From Marsupella aquatica (taxonomy: Eukaryota > Plantae > Marchantiophyta), in the NCBI GenBank assembly GCA_973895155.1, contig OZ316895.1, positions 6,746,184-6,810,183 of the forward strand: a stretch of 64,000 nucleotides of DNA, in the 5' to 3' direction. Below are positions 26,438 through 38,500 of the stretch, piece by piece. The position numbers and the translations under genes are program-made. The notes under the pieces were generated by a model. That model worked only from the letters and a program-made list of their open reading frames with translations. It had not been told where the DNA came from and searched no databases. Positions within the stretch are counted from its first letter, which is position 1; the number at the start of each line of letters is the position of its first letter.

Positions 26438-28278
26438 TTATTCTTTAAACGCAACAATAAAAGCATAGGAACGAGTATTCTCAATTACAGTAAATCTTAG
26501 GAATCCAGCAGCTAACAAGAGTCTTTCATATTCCTCCTTATATCTCTCCCGGGCTCCCTCCATGAATGCCAACAATATGAGGTCTATATGTTCAGTGTAG
26601 ATGGCGGGAGCGCTATTGTCCCCCTTATTTAGAATGTACTCCGCGATGATTACCTTGCCGTTTTTGGGGAGTGCCCTGTGACAGCTCTTGAGGACCTCGA
26701 TGGATTCTTTGTCTCCCCGGTCATGCATGACTAGCTGTATCACCAGCCCGAGAACAACGATTTGTACAACTTATATTCAGTCAAGGAAGTATAGCGCTCT
26801 CCTGATCTTAACTCCAGCGGCAAGAGCAGTTCAGGCAGGACGCTTGAAAACTATGTGACCCATACTAGAGACCAAAACTTCTTAATTGCATTGCTTGAGA
26901 ATGGGCACAGGGAACCTGAATCTCCACATTGATCAGTTTGGAGTACTCTGGTCGACAATCATCAACTGATTCTATAAAAACGATGTTTCCAGACACATGG
27001 CAGCACAAACCTTTAGTAACATCGCATCTCCTGACGGCACAGCCTCGAAGAAATTCCCCGCTACATGCTTCACACCTGAAGCAAAGCGGACAGAGAGTGA
27101 AATCACTATCTAAAAGGCAATACCACTCAGGAGCATCTTCTCACAAAACATTCGAATAACTGTAAAATTGACGAAGCTGACTATTCGCTAGTCGAGAAGT
27201 ATGATTGAAGTCTTCAAGGATCAAAACCCTGAACATTACTCACCTTTAATCGGAGGAGCCGTAGCAATTACAGGCGGCAGGTCGAAGTTGATGCCTTGCA
27301 TGCGTGGGTACTCAGCAACAATCTCAGCGATTGTAGCTCCCCAGCCTCCTCCGACGTCCACGAGAGTATTCACGCCGTCAAGCACACCACACTGTCGTAG
27401 GTCGTCCATCATGTTATCTTTGTGGGAGTTAAAGTAGCTCACCATCCCGTCCTGAATCAACGCCCCGTACTCCGTGTTTTCCTTGTTACCATACTTAAAA
27501 AATTCTAGTCCGTGAGCCTTTACGAAGGGGATGGCAGTCTCATCTAGAATGACTTCGTGCAAATGACCCCAACAACCAAACGAGGTCGGGTTCAACTGGA
27601 GATCTGTGGTTTCCAAATAGGTCCACATAAGTGATGTTCAAAGCCGATTTTTAATTATCCGGCCTCTACATGCATTTGCTAACGAATCGCTTGAACTTGT
27701 CGCCAAAATGAAGAACACAACTTTTGAGGAGAAATCTACGTGCAAAGCTAAGCTTCACACCCTGCTGTTCACTCCCCAGCTACGATAATGTTCATCCGGG
27801 TTGAGTGAATATGAAGAAACCCTTCCAAACAAAACGACTGAGATTCGGACTGTAATGAATTTGAATCCACAATGAAACAATTAGAACACTCACCTGCGAT
27901 TGATATGAGGTTCGACTCGTTCTCTTGGATGAACCATTTCGAGACGTCCGTGAGACCGTACACAATTTCCCTTTCGCTGTCGAAGGACTCGCTGAAGAAC
28001 CCTGCCCTCACCAAAGGTCTGAGTACGCGTTTCAGATTATTGTACGAAGTGGGTCCGGGAGTGGACTTGGTTGGCAGCTGCGCTAGGATCTCCGCACCCG
28101 AGAGCGACCTTCTTCCCTCTGCGTTAGCCATGATGTCTGGAATGCCCAATTCCAGAACAGCCTTCAGCGCCATTGAAACGCTGAATTGCAAGATCATGTT
28201 GTGTGCAACGTACATACTATCATCGCGCTGTGGAGCATTGCCACAGCTGCTGCCGCTTGTAGTTTCTTTCTCCATCAT
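26438..28278 (-). CDS. SAM-dependent O-methyltransferase, class II (COMT-like), 4 exons, ~368 aa
   Basis: Exons 28278-27894, 27603-27244, 27075-27011, 26734-26438 join in frame with GT-AG introns. Contains the dimerisation motif MALKAVLELGIPDI, LVDVGGGWG, INFDLPPVI, VKHVAGNFFEAVPSGDAMLLK, ALPKNGKVIIAE and GARER..EY..L...AGF. Confidence 0.93.
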
Positions 28279-28719
28279 CGAAAATTCGATGAAACTAAGC
28301 TCCGTTTCTTCCGAATCGAAGCTCCCTCAACTCCCCACCTCGTGAAAAGATCGACAGGGAGCTTTGGCATCTCTCTATATCCACCTGCCTTGAACGCTGA
28401 GGATTGAGTGATGAGATTCATTTGACGGCCAAGATGACTTTTGGGTTCAAGATGTCATGTGGCCTCTCTTGCGAATGCTCAGCTACACCTCTATGAAACT
28501 CACACCCCTTTCAAATTCACAGCCAATCGCCCAAAAGCAAATCTTACATCTGATACGCTAGCAACATGAAATCTTTCTGCCTTGAAAAATCCAGTTGAAT
28601 TCATGCGACAGGACAGCCTACATGCAGCAGGGTGGCCCACAAGGGGGGGACAACAGGTCGATGTGCCAGAACCCGATGGGACGGGCGTCAAAGTGGAAGC
28701 TAATTTAAGCCTGGGATCT

Positions 28720-29530
28720 TGCTTTATCTGATACGTAATCTGGCAAAATCAAATCTGATTCCAACTACAGCATGAGGAATTTTCTTGACAGGAGCTTCTT
28801 CAAGCGTTGGATTTGCTGCTAGCCCTTGTTGAAGATAGGTTTTGGATATCAGCCTTTGTATGGATCAACGAAAGCATCGAATCGAGCTGGTAGAGTGTCT
28901 GAATTTTTATAATTAAAATTATTGGTTCAGTGAAATTCCAGCAGCTCCTCCACTTTCCTCATTTTGCTGTCCTCGCATATTACTCCTGCTTCGCAATTCT
29001 GTTCACTCGATTTGCACTTCTCCTCCAGCTGAAAAAATCGTTGCCACTTTATGTAGTACTTTGAGGGTCATTCTGGATTTCTCTGTTTCGGATTGCTCTT
29101 CCGTTGCTTCAGTTTTGCCAGCCTCAAGCCTTCGCGTTTATTTGCTTCAGGTTACTCATTTGAAGGTTTCTTCCATGGTTTTCTCTGTTTCTCGATTTCT
29201 TTGCTTTTAGATTGGTTTGCTCCGGATCATTGCTTCGGATCATTGCTTCGGATCTTTGCTTCAGATTGGAAGCTAAGTGTTGGGAACAGGGCAGATTAGT
29301 ATTGTTGTTTTCCTTCACTTTTTGTCAGTTCTTACCCAAAATTTTCCACCGAAGCAACGCTCGTGGATAACAGCACTAAGTTCAGGACTCGGAGAGTTTT
29401 CTTCGTCAAGATATAGTTCTCGAAAGGGTTTAATTTCGGATTGCTACCAATGCCCCTCTTTTGCTTTTCTCTTCTCTTCTTGGCTTTGGGCTTCTCAGGC
29501 AGTTGCTCTCAAGCAACCCTCAAAAACCTA
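28720..29530 (-). pseudogene. Possible decayed gene fragment (charged, coiled-coil-like), unidentified
   Basis: Purine-rich, K/E/R-coding-like blocks on the minus strand with splice-like boundaries (e.g. TTGG|GTAAGA near 29335) but stops in all frames. Confidence 0.2.
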
Positions 29531-32081
29531 GCAAACGGGACAAGGAACGGAACAGATTGAAGCCTAATTCTCTCCAACGTACTTGAGCTCCGAGCTACAA
29601 TTCTGTCACTTCCATTCCGACTCCCATCACTGCCTTGAAAAGAAATTTTCGCCATGAAGCGGCGCGAGGCGGACTACAGTCATTAGCTCTGCTCTCAGTT
29701 TTCACAGAACAGAGCTTCCACAGACGAGCCCAATCAATGTCATGACATGCAAAAATGCAAATGTATGTGATCACTTTCAAGAAATGAAGGGCAACTCAAA
29801 GGTGTGATAAACGCTGTCTAACAAGCTCTGGCTGCGATGGCCATCGCTTAAACTCGGGATAACCCTACAAGCTCATAACCCTGAGCAAGAACATACCTAT
29901 GGCCGGGAGAGGCTCCGAGACACGGGTGAGGCTTGCTAAGTTAATCGAAAAGCTTTAAATATAGGAGGTCAAAATCCACTACGAAGAAGAGCAAAAATAT
30001 TCTCTTGGCTCGTCCGTTCGTGGATGACTCAATAGTTGGAGTACGTCGCTCTGCATTGCAAAGATTTTATTTTACACTAAATCTCCCACGACAACATGCA
30101 TCAAGATGCAACCAAAGTTTGGTAACTTCGCAGGGAGAAATTCGCGAAGCGTATGACACAGTAAGATGCCTCCAGTCGGTGTGGAAGTCGGTGTGGGGAA
30201 GACGGCAAATTGAGTGATACACATGGCAAGAGTAAAACTGACCATATTAATTGTCCTCTCACGAACACGATCCGTCGAATGCGGGGAAAATGTAAATCGT
30301 GGCTAGTAGCAACCAAGTGTTCCAGCGGATCGGATCTCTCGTTCGAACAGAGTAGTTGTGTGCAGTGTGGACGTCTGTGTTGCTTTGGTCGCCGTCGGCC
30401 AATGCTGGCTTCGATCGGCCCGTTTGTCATCGAAGCTATGAGGGCATGGCTAGTCCGGTCTCTTCATGCATTATTTATTAGATTTAATTTCCATCGATCA
30501 CAGCCAAATTTGATTCGTTGATGAATTCACGAGAGTGACACATGCATGATATTGAAGGCCATGATGCATACGGCGCCGTGTTCCGCTGCGGAATGCAAGG
30601 AACGTTCCAATAATAAGTGTTTGTTGGAATGTTGGCCCAGCAGATCCGATCTGCACAGGCCATCACGATTGCTAAAACCCGTTCCGTGCAAAAGATTTGA
30701 TTCGCCGTGCCCAGATTTGTTGTTTCAAGCAAAAGATACTGAGCACTTCTTCCAAGGAATCCACAGAAAAGTACAATTGCAAAGGACTGTACTTGTCGTT
30801 TTAGGAGAATAAAATTTGAGTCGCAGATATATAAACTAAGAAGAAGTCTATATATCTGCGACTCACAAGACGTATATGCGCGTCACGAGGAATGTTCAGG
30901 CAAAGAATGAAAGCGGAATTATTACCTTTTGCGGCTGTATTGCCAGTTGAAGGTACTGTGGGGACTGGGGAGTCTTCAACAATCTGTCAAAGTCTCGAAC
31001 AGAGTCAATTGTGAAGATCGATGCACACCGATATTTCGTAGGCACCTGTCTTAAATGAATTTTGACATCCCCTGAGAACTGTAGATCGATATTACTGGTG
31101 TTGTCGCGGATACAGCAATCATGATTCACCTATGTCATTTTAACCACCTAACCGTTGCTGACTGATCATTTAAACAGGTACTACACTCTCTTTGCTGAAA
31201 AGCCACAGCCTTAACTCTGGATCCAGGCGACCATGAAGTAGATATGACTAGTGCCGTTTGAGTTGTCAGTTATCTCAGCTCTTATTCTCTAAAAGATTGG
31301 GCGGTCTTTTCTAGAAGATCCAATCAACCTCCTGGCAAAAGCTAACAGAGAATCATAGCAAATATGATCATGCCAGTGGCGCCGAGGGGCAGGCATCACA
31401 CAGGGCAATCCATGACATGATTGAATCACCTCCAAATGATTTCCACAGTTAGCACAATGAGTGGTCTACACTAGTTCTTATCAAGGTGGATAAATTGATC
31501 CATAGCAGAAGCTGTCTTGTCCAAGGAACCTCCAGGTAGCCACTGAATCACTACAACAGCTGTAAAGCTCCACTGTGGCCAAAGTAGTCTTGGCATAGGT
31601 ATTATGAGACAAATCACGGCCACAGCAGGCTCGTACGAGAACATCCTGAGCAAGCGGTGAGAAATGAGGGCTCCCCCACTGAGCTTTCCACCTTTTCTTG
31701 CATGCCAACCCAGGCTCGAGGATGGTGCTAATCACTAGGTCTGTGTTCCGTAGAGCAAGCTGTAGCCTGGATTTAGATTTCCGTAGTAAGCCCTTGGTAA
31801 GCGGGTTAGTTGACTTGGAATTAAATGGATTTAAGGACTTCAATCATTAACTCTCAGTGCCACTCTACGTTATCAACTGAAGAGAAGCATATGCTAACTC
31901 AATCGACGAAAACTTACAGCTTCAGACTTCAGATATGAGTAGTGTTGCACGTTTTCAATGGTCGAAAATTCAGCTAACGAATGGAGTTTCGAGGAATTCC
32001 ATCTACACATGCTTATTGCTACAGATATTGTTTCCGGTAGAGATTTCCAACTTTTGGTGCGACTGAGTTATTAACTAGCAA

Positions 32082-32908
32082 TCAATGCAAGGGTGTGAGG
32101 GAGAATGTTTTGGTAATATCTGCGATCGCACGAGGACCAAAGTTGGCATAATAGCTGCTGGGGCCGAGGTTTGGCGAGGTTGTGACATAGAGAGCGCGTA
32201 CAACGCTAGGATATACTACCTCAGGACTGGTAGAATTATAGTCCACTGAAATTGAAGGAGGGACAAGAGTTGTAGACGAGGTAAAAAATGAAGAGACAGA
32301 ACTCTTCTTCTTTACATTATCAAAGGCGACGACTGAAACAACGGCTGAAACATGCACTACTTGGCATTCCGACCATTGTTTGCGGCCATCTGATGCCAAA
32401 ATTTGGCATTTACATATTCTAAAACTCTGTATGTATAAATGGAAACACCATATATACCTCGAGTTCAAAGGCATGGAGGCTAATTCTCGATCCAAATTAT
32501 GATCCGGTGCTGGTAATGCTACTGATGGTTTCGAGTCAACCAGCCACCAGGAACCAGTAGCACTTCGGGAGTTCTCTGGAGGAGCGTACATAAAGAGGCT
32601 GAAATAAGGGGAGGGTACCCAGTTCCAATCATCATAATCATCAAACTGCCCAAAACGGAGCACCATGTCGAAGGGGTTGAAGTGATAGTAACCGGAGGAA
32701 CCTGCAACTTCTACACCGTTGTCTTCAAAATAGCGTGGGTCAGGGAACAGTGTCACGTAGCCGCCTATCTTCCTTAAGCTTTGCTCGGTCCTCAAATTTC
32801 TTGTCATCAGGATGTCCCCTGGACACAATGTAAAGCTGGGGCAAAACTCTCCTGGGGACATGTATGGCAGATTGTCAGGGCGAACCAGTTGTGGCAAACT
32901 TTGGATGG
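32082..32908 (-). CDS. Putative continuation of the repeat-protein gene (globular-looking aromatic/Gly-rich domain); exon structure unresolved
   Basis: 271-aa open frame overlapping the end of the 923-aa ORF. A phase-1 intron from 33000 to an AAG acceptor near 32909 would join them in frame. No family recognised. Confidence 0.45.
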
Positions 32909-35578
32909 CTTGTGACTATTGTTAGAGAAAATGTCAATATACTCCAAAATTTGAAACTTAGATACAGTAGAAGCGAACCGAAGAATACGGAAATTTATAC
33001 CTGGGTAAACCTTTCCAGTTGGTGACATTGTCATGACCGCGCGATGCCTAACTTGAGGTTGCGCATTTACACGTCGAAGTCGACAAGAACCGACTACGCT
33101 TGTTGATCTGCACTTGTTGTCGATTTCGACACGGCGACTGAGTTCTATGTCTGGAGTTGCAACTCGAAGCCTTTGCAGTAATCCAGCAGGTAAATCGGCC
33201 TCTGCTGTGTAAGGCACGTCAAACCAATACGAGCTCTTCGAAGTCGTTAATAAATTCGCCAATGGCTTTGAGTTTCGAGCTTCAAGTCTTCTTTGTGATA
33301 ACCAAGCAGGTAGATCGGCTTCTGTTGGGTAAGGCACATCAAACCAATACGAGCTTTTCGAAGTTTTGACTGTGGGCTCTGAATCTGACGTTGCAACTCC
33401 TCTTTCCAATGACCCGGCTGGCAAATTGGCACCTGTTGAGTAAGGCACATCAGACCAATACGAGGTTTTCGAAGGATTGCTACCAACATCCACTGCAGGC
33501 TTCGACTCTGGAGCTGAGACACAGTTCTGTAATAATCCCGCTGATTCATCGGCTAAGTTGGGCACATCTAACCAACACGAGCTTCGCGAATTTTTGCTAC
33601 CAGCTTCCACAGCAGGCTCTGAATGTGGAATTGCAGTTATGTTTTGTAATAACCCAGTTGATACATTTGCATCGGTTGAGCAAGGCCGCAAGTCAAAGCA
33701 ACACGAGCCCTTGGAATGTTTGCTATCAGCATCTGTAAGCTCTGAGTCTGGAGTTTCCAGTTCTCTGCTAGATTGTAACAACCCAGCTCGTGGACCGGCA
33801 ACTGAGAAGGGGGGCATGTCAAACCAACACAACCTTTTGGACGGCTTGATGGTGGGGTTGCTACCAAAATCCTCTGCGGGTTCTGAATCTGAAGTGGAAA
33901 CACCTTTTTGTAATAACCCATCTGGTAGATCGGCATCTGCTGGGTAGGGCACGCCAAAGCAATCCGAGGTTTTGGTCCTGTTATCAACAGAATCCACCAC
34001 AGGCTCTGGATCTAGAGTTGTAATACTACTTTGTGATAAGCCATCAGCTGAGCACGGTTCGTCAACCCGGTACGACATTTTCAAAATTTTGTTACCCACA
34101 TTCGCCACGGGCTCTGAATCTGGAGTTGCAGCTCTTCTCTGTAACCTATCTAATAGTCCATCTGGTAGATCGGCATCTGATGAGTAGGGCACGTCAAACC
34201 AATAAGCGCTCTTTGGAGTTTTATTCCCCCCCTTTCTGAATTTTTGGAATGGCGTCCTAGCTCTTGGATAACTGTTGGTTCTCTTTGCTACGCCGCCCTC
34301 CTTGTGTGGCTTGTGGGCAACCTTGGATGCATTTGTAGGGCCTGGTGTGTCCGACCGGCGATCACGACGGCTCGTATCCATATCCACATTACAGCTCTGG
34401 GAGTTCTTGGATAGATCGGCAACATTCTCAAAACAAGTGCCCCGGCTATCGATGGCACGAACGCCAGAAATTCTCGAGTGCTGCGCTTGCTTGTCCAAGT
34501 TCACGGTATTGTTCGCACTGTAGGGCTTAGGTTCCAGGCCACTCAACAAAGCAGAACAATTCCTTAACGACGTTTGAGCATGGATATCATTTGGTAGCAT
34601 AGGCTGTTCCATCTTCGGAATGCTTGACTCATGATTTGATATTTGCCATTGCCCGAGATCCTGGCTGGAATCTACTGTAGTGGGACATGTGGTTGCGGGA
34701 CTCTTTGGAGTTTCCCCAGGCTTCTGTGTGTCATCATGTAGCGACTCCGCTTGCGATTTAATGTTACAGAACAGAGTGTAACAAGATTTCTCTGGTGGTT
34801 CGCTTTGTTCAACAGGGGATGTTAATTTTGGAACTTTCTCCTGAGGTTCAGGCAAATTTGTATCCGGTGTCATGCTAGGATTGCACGTACACGGTTCGTT
34901 TTCAAGCTCGAAGGTATCGTCATGACGTCTGGACTTTACAAAGTCTCTGGAGAAATTGTAGTTCCAAGGTCCACATGTCGGTCTCGAGCGTGCTACGGGG
35001 AAGGTAGAACAGGAACCCAATTTAGAGGTAACAGTCTTTGCTCCTGCGTCCAGTTTAAGGTTAGGCATACAATCTGGTTCATGATATTCCGAACGACTGG
35101 ATGTCCTTGGATTGGCTACAACATCAGTGAAATCATCGATAGATCCTTGAGGATTCGCTATCAGTTCCAGTGAAAAGTGTACACGGCGAATCCTTTTGAA
35201 TGCTGACCTTTCAGGTTTGTAGAGTGGATGGTCAACTACTGGGGGCTCTCTCGTCTTGCTCTTGGTAGGGCATTCATGCTCTCGGGGTTCTAGATCTGCA
35301 TGGTCGTCCGACTCTTGATGTGTTTCATCAAATGTTTGCCCTTCAGGTTTTGCTGGCCTTGGCAGCTCGGACGGTAGGGAATTCCACATGGTTGAAGAAG
35401 GTAAATTAGATTGCCATTCATTCTCAGCCGCGACCACGGCCGGATCATTTGGGCTCTCGGGTGGGCTACATGTACAGTCATCGCCAATTGCTCTTTTAGA
35501 ACCCAAAAGGGGAAGGTGAATTTTCGATGACCAACTAGGAAATGGACGCTCCACTCGTGTCCAGAAGTTCCAATCCAT
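32807..35578 (-). CDS. Uncharacterised large S/P/D-rich protein with nine ~40-aa tandem repeats; probably the first large exon (35578-33001) of a spliced gene
   Basis: 2.77-kb open frame with an ATG in GGCATGG context. The internal repeats conserve frame. A donor-like CCAG|GTATAA lies at 33001/33000, followed by AT-rich sequence. Confidence 0.75.
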   Translation of the reverse strand: MDWNFWTRVERPFPSWSSKIHLPLLGSKRAIGDDCTCSPPESPNDPAVVAAENEWQSNLPSSTMWNSLPSELPRPAKPEGQTFDETHQESDDHADLEPREHECPTKSKTREPPVVDHPLYKPERSAFKRIRRVHFSLELIANPQGSIDDFTDVVANPRTSSRSEYHEPDCMPNLKLDAGAKTVTSKLGSCSTFPVARSRPTCGPWNYNFSRDFVKSRRHDDTFELENEPCTCNPSMTPDTNLPEPQEKVPKLTSPVEQSEPPEKSCYTLFCNIKSQAESLHDDTQKPGETPKSPATTCPTTVDSSQDLGQWQISNHESSIPKMEQPMLPNDIHAQTSLRNCSALLSGLEPKPYSANNTVNLDKQAQHSRISGVRAIDSRGTCFENVADLSKNSQSCNVDMDTSRRDRRSDTPGPTNASKVAHKPHKEGGVAKRTNSYPRARTPFQKFRKGGNKTPKSAYWFDVPYSSDADLPDGLLDRLQRRAATPDSEPVANVGNKILKMSYRVDEPCSADGLSQSSITTLDPEPVVDSVDNRTKTSDCFGVPYPADADLPDGLLQKGVSTSDSEPAEDFGSNPTIKPSKRLCWFDMPPFSVAGPRAGLLQSSRELETPDSELTDADSKHSKGSCCFDLRPCSTDANVSTGLLQNITAIPHSEPAVEAGSKNSRSSCWLDVPNLADESAGLLQNCVSAPESKPAVDVGSNPSKTSYWSDVPYSTGANLPAGSLERGVATSDSEPTVKTSKSSYWFDVPYPTEADLPAWLSQRRLEARNSKPLANLLTTSKSSYWFDVPYTAEADLPAGLLQRLRVATPDIELSRRVEIDNKCRSTSVVGSCRLRRVNAQPQVRHRAVMTMSPTGKVYPGINFRILRFASTVSKFQILEYIDIFSNNSHKPSKVCHNWFALTICHTCPQESFAPALHCVQGTS
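33143..34213 (-). repeat. Intragenic coding repeat, ~110-130-bp unit x9
   Basis: Plus-strand motifs GGCAC(G/A)TCAAACCAATA, GGTAGATCGGC and GGCTCTGAATCTG recur in register. Confidence 0.9.
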
Positions 35579-38500
35579 GCCGTGATATTTAGCTTGAAGA
35601 TTTCAGTCCCTCTTGCTGATGTGGGACATTTCTGGATTCACGTCGCGTTTTGAGACGACGGTGCCTCTGCATTGACCTGGGAGACTAGAAACCAATGACG
35701 GAGAGCCTTGGGGAGCCTTTGATCTAATTAAACTGTCACTTGCATCCAACAAATTGCAGACTCTGTTGCAGAAAATTGGAACAACGTACACCTATCTATT
35801 CCAGAACCACCATTACTATCCAAATTCTCTGTTGCAAACCTCGGGCCTGATCGAGATCATTACCTTTTCAATCTCTCACCACACTGAATATACATTGAGG
35901 TTTGATAATCATCTAGAAGCTCATGGCGATATCCTTTCCATAATCCCTCAATCAGTCCAAGGCCAGACCATGCTGTAACTAGGCATAGGGTTTTTGGAGA
36001 CCTATACTTGTCGGCATTATTTATCGTCTTGTGATTTTGATAGCAGGTCCATTTTCGGTTATCCAATTGTTCATTCATATGAGGATCTGATCGAGTAATG
36101 GTGGACCAATAACTTTCAATCCAATCGACGCGTCTTTTGGCAGAATATCATAGATCTTCAAGGACTTCAGTTTTCAGTCGCTGGAGATTCATTCATAAAG
36201 TAACCACGCTTCACGAGGATGAATAATGTGAAGCACTGTGATCTCCCCCGATTGCTAGTAACAAGATCTCGATCAAAAAAAGTACCTTGAAGAAATACTG
36301 CATCACTCGGGGTCCACCTAATTCCGAATCCACAACACCAATTATATTGTCAATCAACACAAACTGTAACAAGTTTGACGTCGAGAAATCTAGTGGAAAC
36401 TGTCGCTCAGTTCCTAGCGATGAGATAGTAGCTAAGAGCTCAACGACAATTCGTAGGATTCTGCTGATGCTAATTGAACTCGGTGATTTAAAAGACGTCC
36501 ACGATGAATAGATTGCTCCCGTTCTCCGCTCGACAACTTTACAGAAAGTGTTGAAAGAGGAATGGGAATGCTGCAAATGCAGGCGACGAGCAGCAGGAGC
36601 GGCAAGAGGAGGCGGGGTCTGGGGATTTGAAGCAGCTAGAAACTTCGTAGAGTCGATAGTGTTACGGGGAGAAACTAACCTGAGGACGCATGGCTCTGTT
36701 GGCGAAGAAGTGGGACGCCGGGAAGGCTAGAACGGCACTGACCTTGCACCGGGTTCGTGTATACAATATCTGGCGATAGAGGACCTTCATGAAGGAAAAA
36801 TGCACATTCATCTCGTGAAACCAGTTTCGGGGGAGAATGTCACTATGAAAAGCGTGGGAGTTGTATGTAAGCTAAAACAGAAACTCACATCAAAATATCT
36901 TTGGTCTTTGGTCTCGAGTCTATTTTCAGGACAAAAAGTGACCCTCCACTTTGTTTGGAACAAGAAATGGCACTCCAGTTTGCTTTGCCTTGGTGAAAAA
37001 AGTGACAAGTGCCCCCACTTCTTGTCAAGCCACCCTCAACCCCAATCTGCAAAGCATCTCCACCGGTGGCCCAAGCTAAGATTTTTGGATCCACCAGGGC
37101 ATTTCTGGGAAGAGTGTTGCAAAAACTGTAGTGAAAAGTCAGGTTGAGCTATAGATGGCGAGGCTACAAGCGGCAACCGACGGGCAAATGGCAATAGTGG
37201 AGAAGGGCTAAACTAAAGAACTAACGAGTAGCATTAAATGACAAGCATGAGCTACGACAAAAATCAGCTTACAGTCGAACTAATTACTGAACTAAATATC
37301 TTTGGGTAACTCAGGTCATTTTACCAACAATGAGAAACTTGCGAGCACTTTAAAGTGGCAAGTTTCTTACTCAGAAAAAGACTACCTTATGCCTCGCATC
37401 GACTGTACAACAGGAGTCCTTGATTTCATTTAACACTAGTTTCTAAAATTGCACAGGACTGGCAAACAGATTTTAGGGTCAGGACTGATTGAGATTACGT
37501 TTCCCTGGAGGTAAGCTCGACTGCAATCCCGCTGACAAAATTAGTTGGTCCAGAGGCCATCCGGTTTCCAAAGAGGATGAAACTTTGTGTGGATTCATGG
37601 TCTAGTAATTTGAACTTCCAATCGAAGGGTTTGAAATGCTTTCGATGTACTCACCAAATTGGAATGCGTGTTGAATTACTTTGCCAGGTCAGTACCAACC
37701 TCAAGGTGCAACGAATGTGAAACGAGTGTCACTGGGCGATATATGTGAGGTCTCTAACATTTACGATACAATCTTTTTCCTTTCCACTTGGCTAGTATCA
37801 GTAAGTATGTCGTTCGTTTTGACTCGAAAAAACCAATTGAATTACATTCAAAAGGCCAGCATAGCGTTGGACCAAGAATCACAATTATTTCGTCTGTGAG
37901 GTCTGACATATAGTTAATCCCATGATCATCGCTACTCCAGACTATAAATTCGACAATGTCAATGTCAAGGGCTGTTGCATGACTATTTGAGTTCCACATG
38001 TTCAGTCTGTATATCTCGAGTTTTATTAATCGAATATAATAGTGAAGACTATTCATTACATTTGCAGAAAGTAGCCCAATTGAAAATTGAATTGTTCAAG
38101 AAGCCACATCTTCAGCTGATGTCTTCCTCTTGATCGAAGGGTTTGAATGTGAATTCGCACGGAGTAGTCCTGTAATCGCTTCGTCGACGCTCATCCTTAC
38201 CTACAGTAGTTATAACCCAGCCCACTATATCCATCCATAGTCAACTATCTTCGCCCTCTGAGGTCCACCGTCTCAATCAGAAACTGCAGACAAGTATATG
38301 GCTCTCAATCGGGCTCTTCATTGCATGTTCAAGTATATCCTTTACAATACGGAATTGGCGATGATTTTTATCACCCGAGGTACAAATTGCAGGGGCAGAT
38401 GCGTTCCAACTTTGATTAGCACACCAAAGTAAGTCGTGGCCTCTTACAGTGTGATCGTCATCGGAGAGAATCTTCACACTAGCGCAGACAGGGCCGGATG

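Noticed and set aside
35603-35791. In-frame ORF upstream of the 923-aa ORF separated by one TGA (read-through or selenocysteine idea)
   Set aside because: The ATG at 35578 has good context, land plants lack selenoproteins, and the upstream frame shows no supporting motif.
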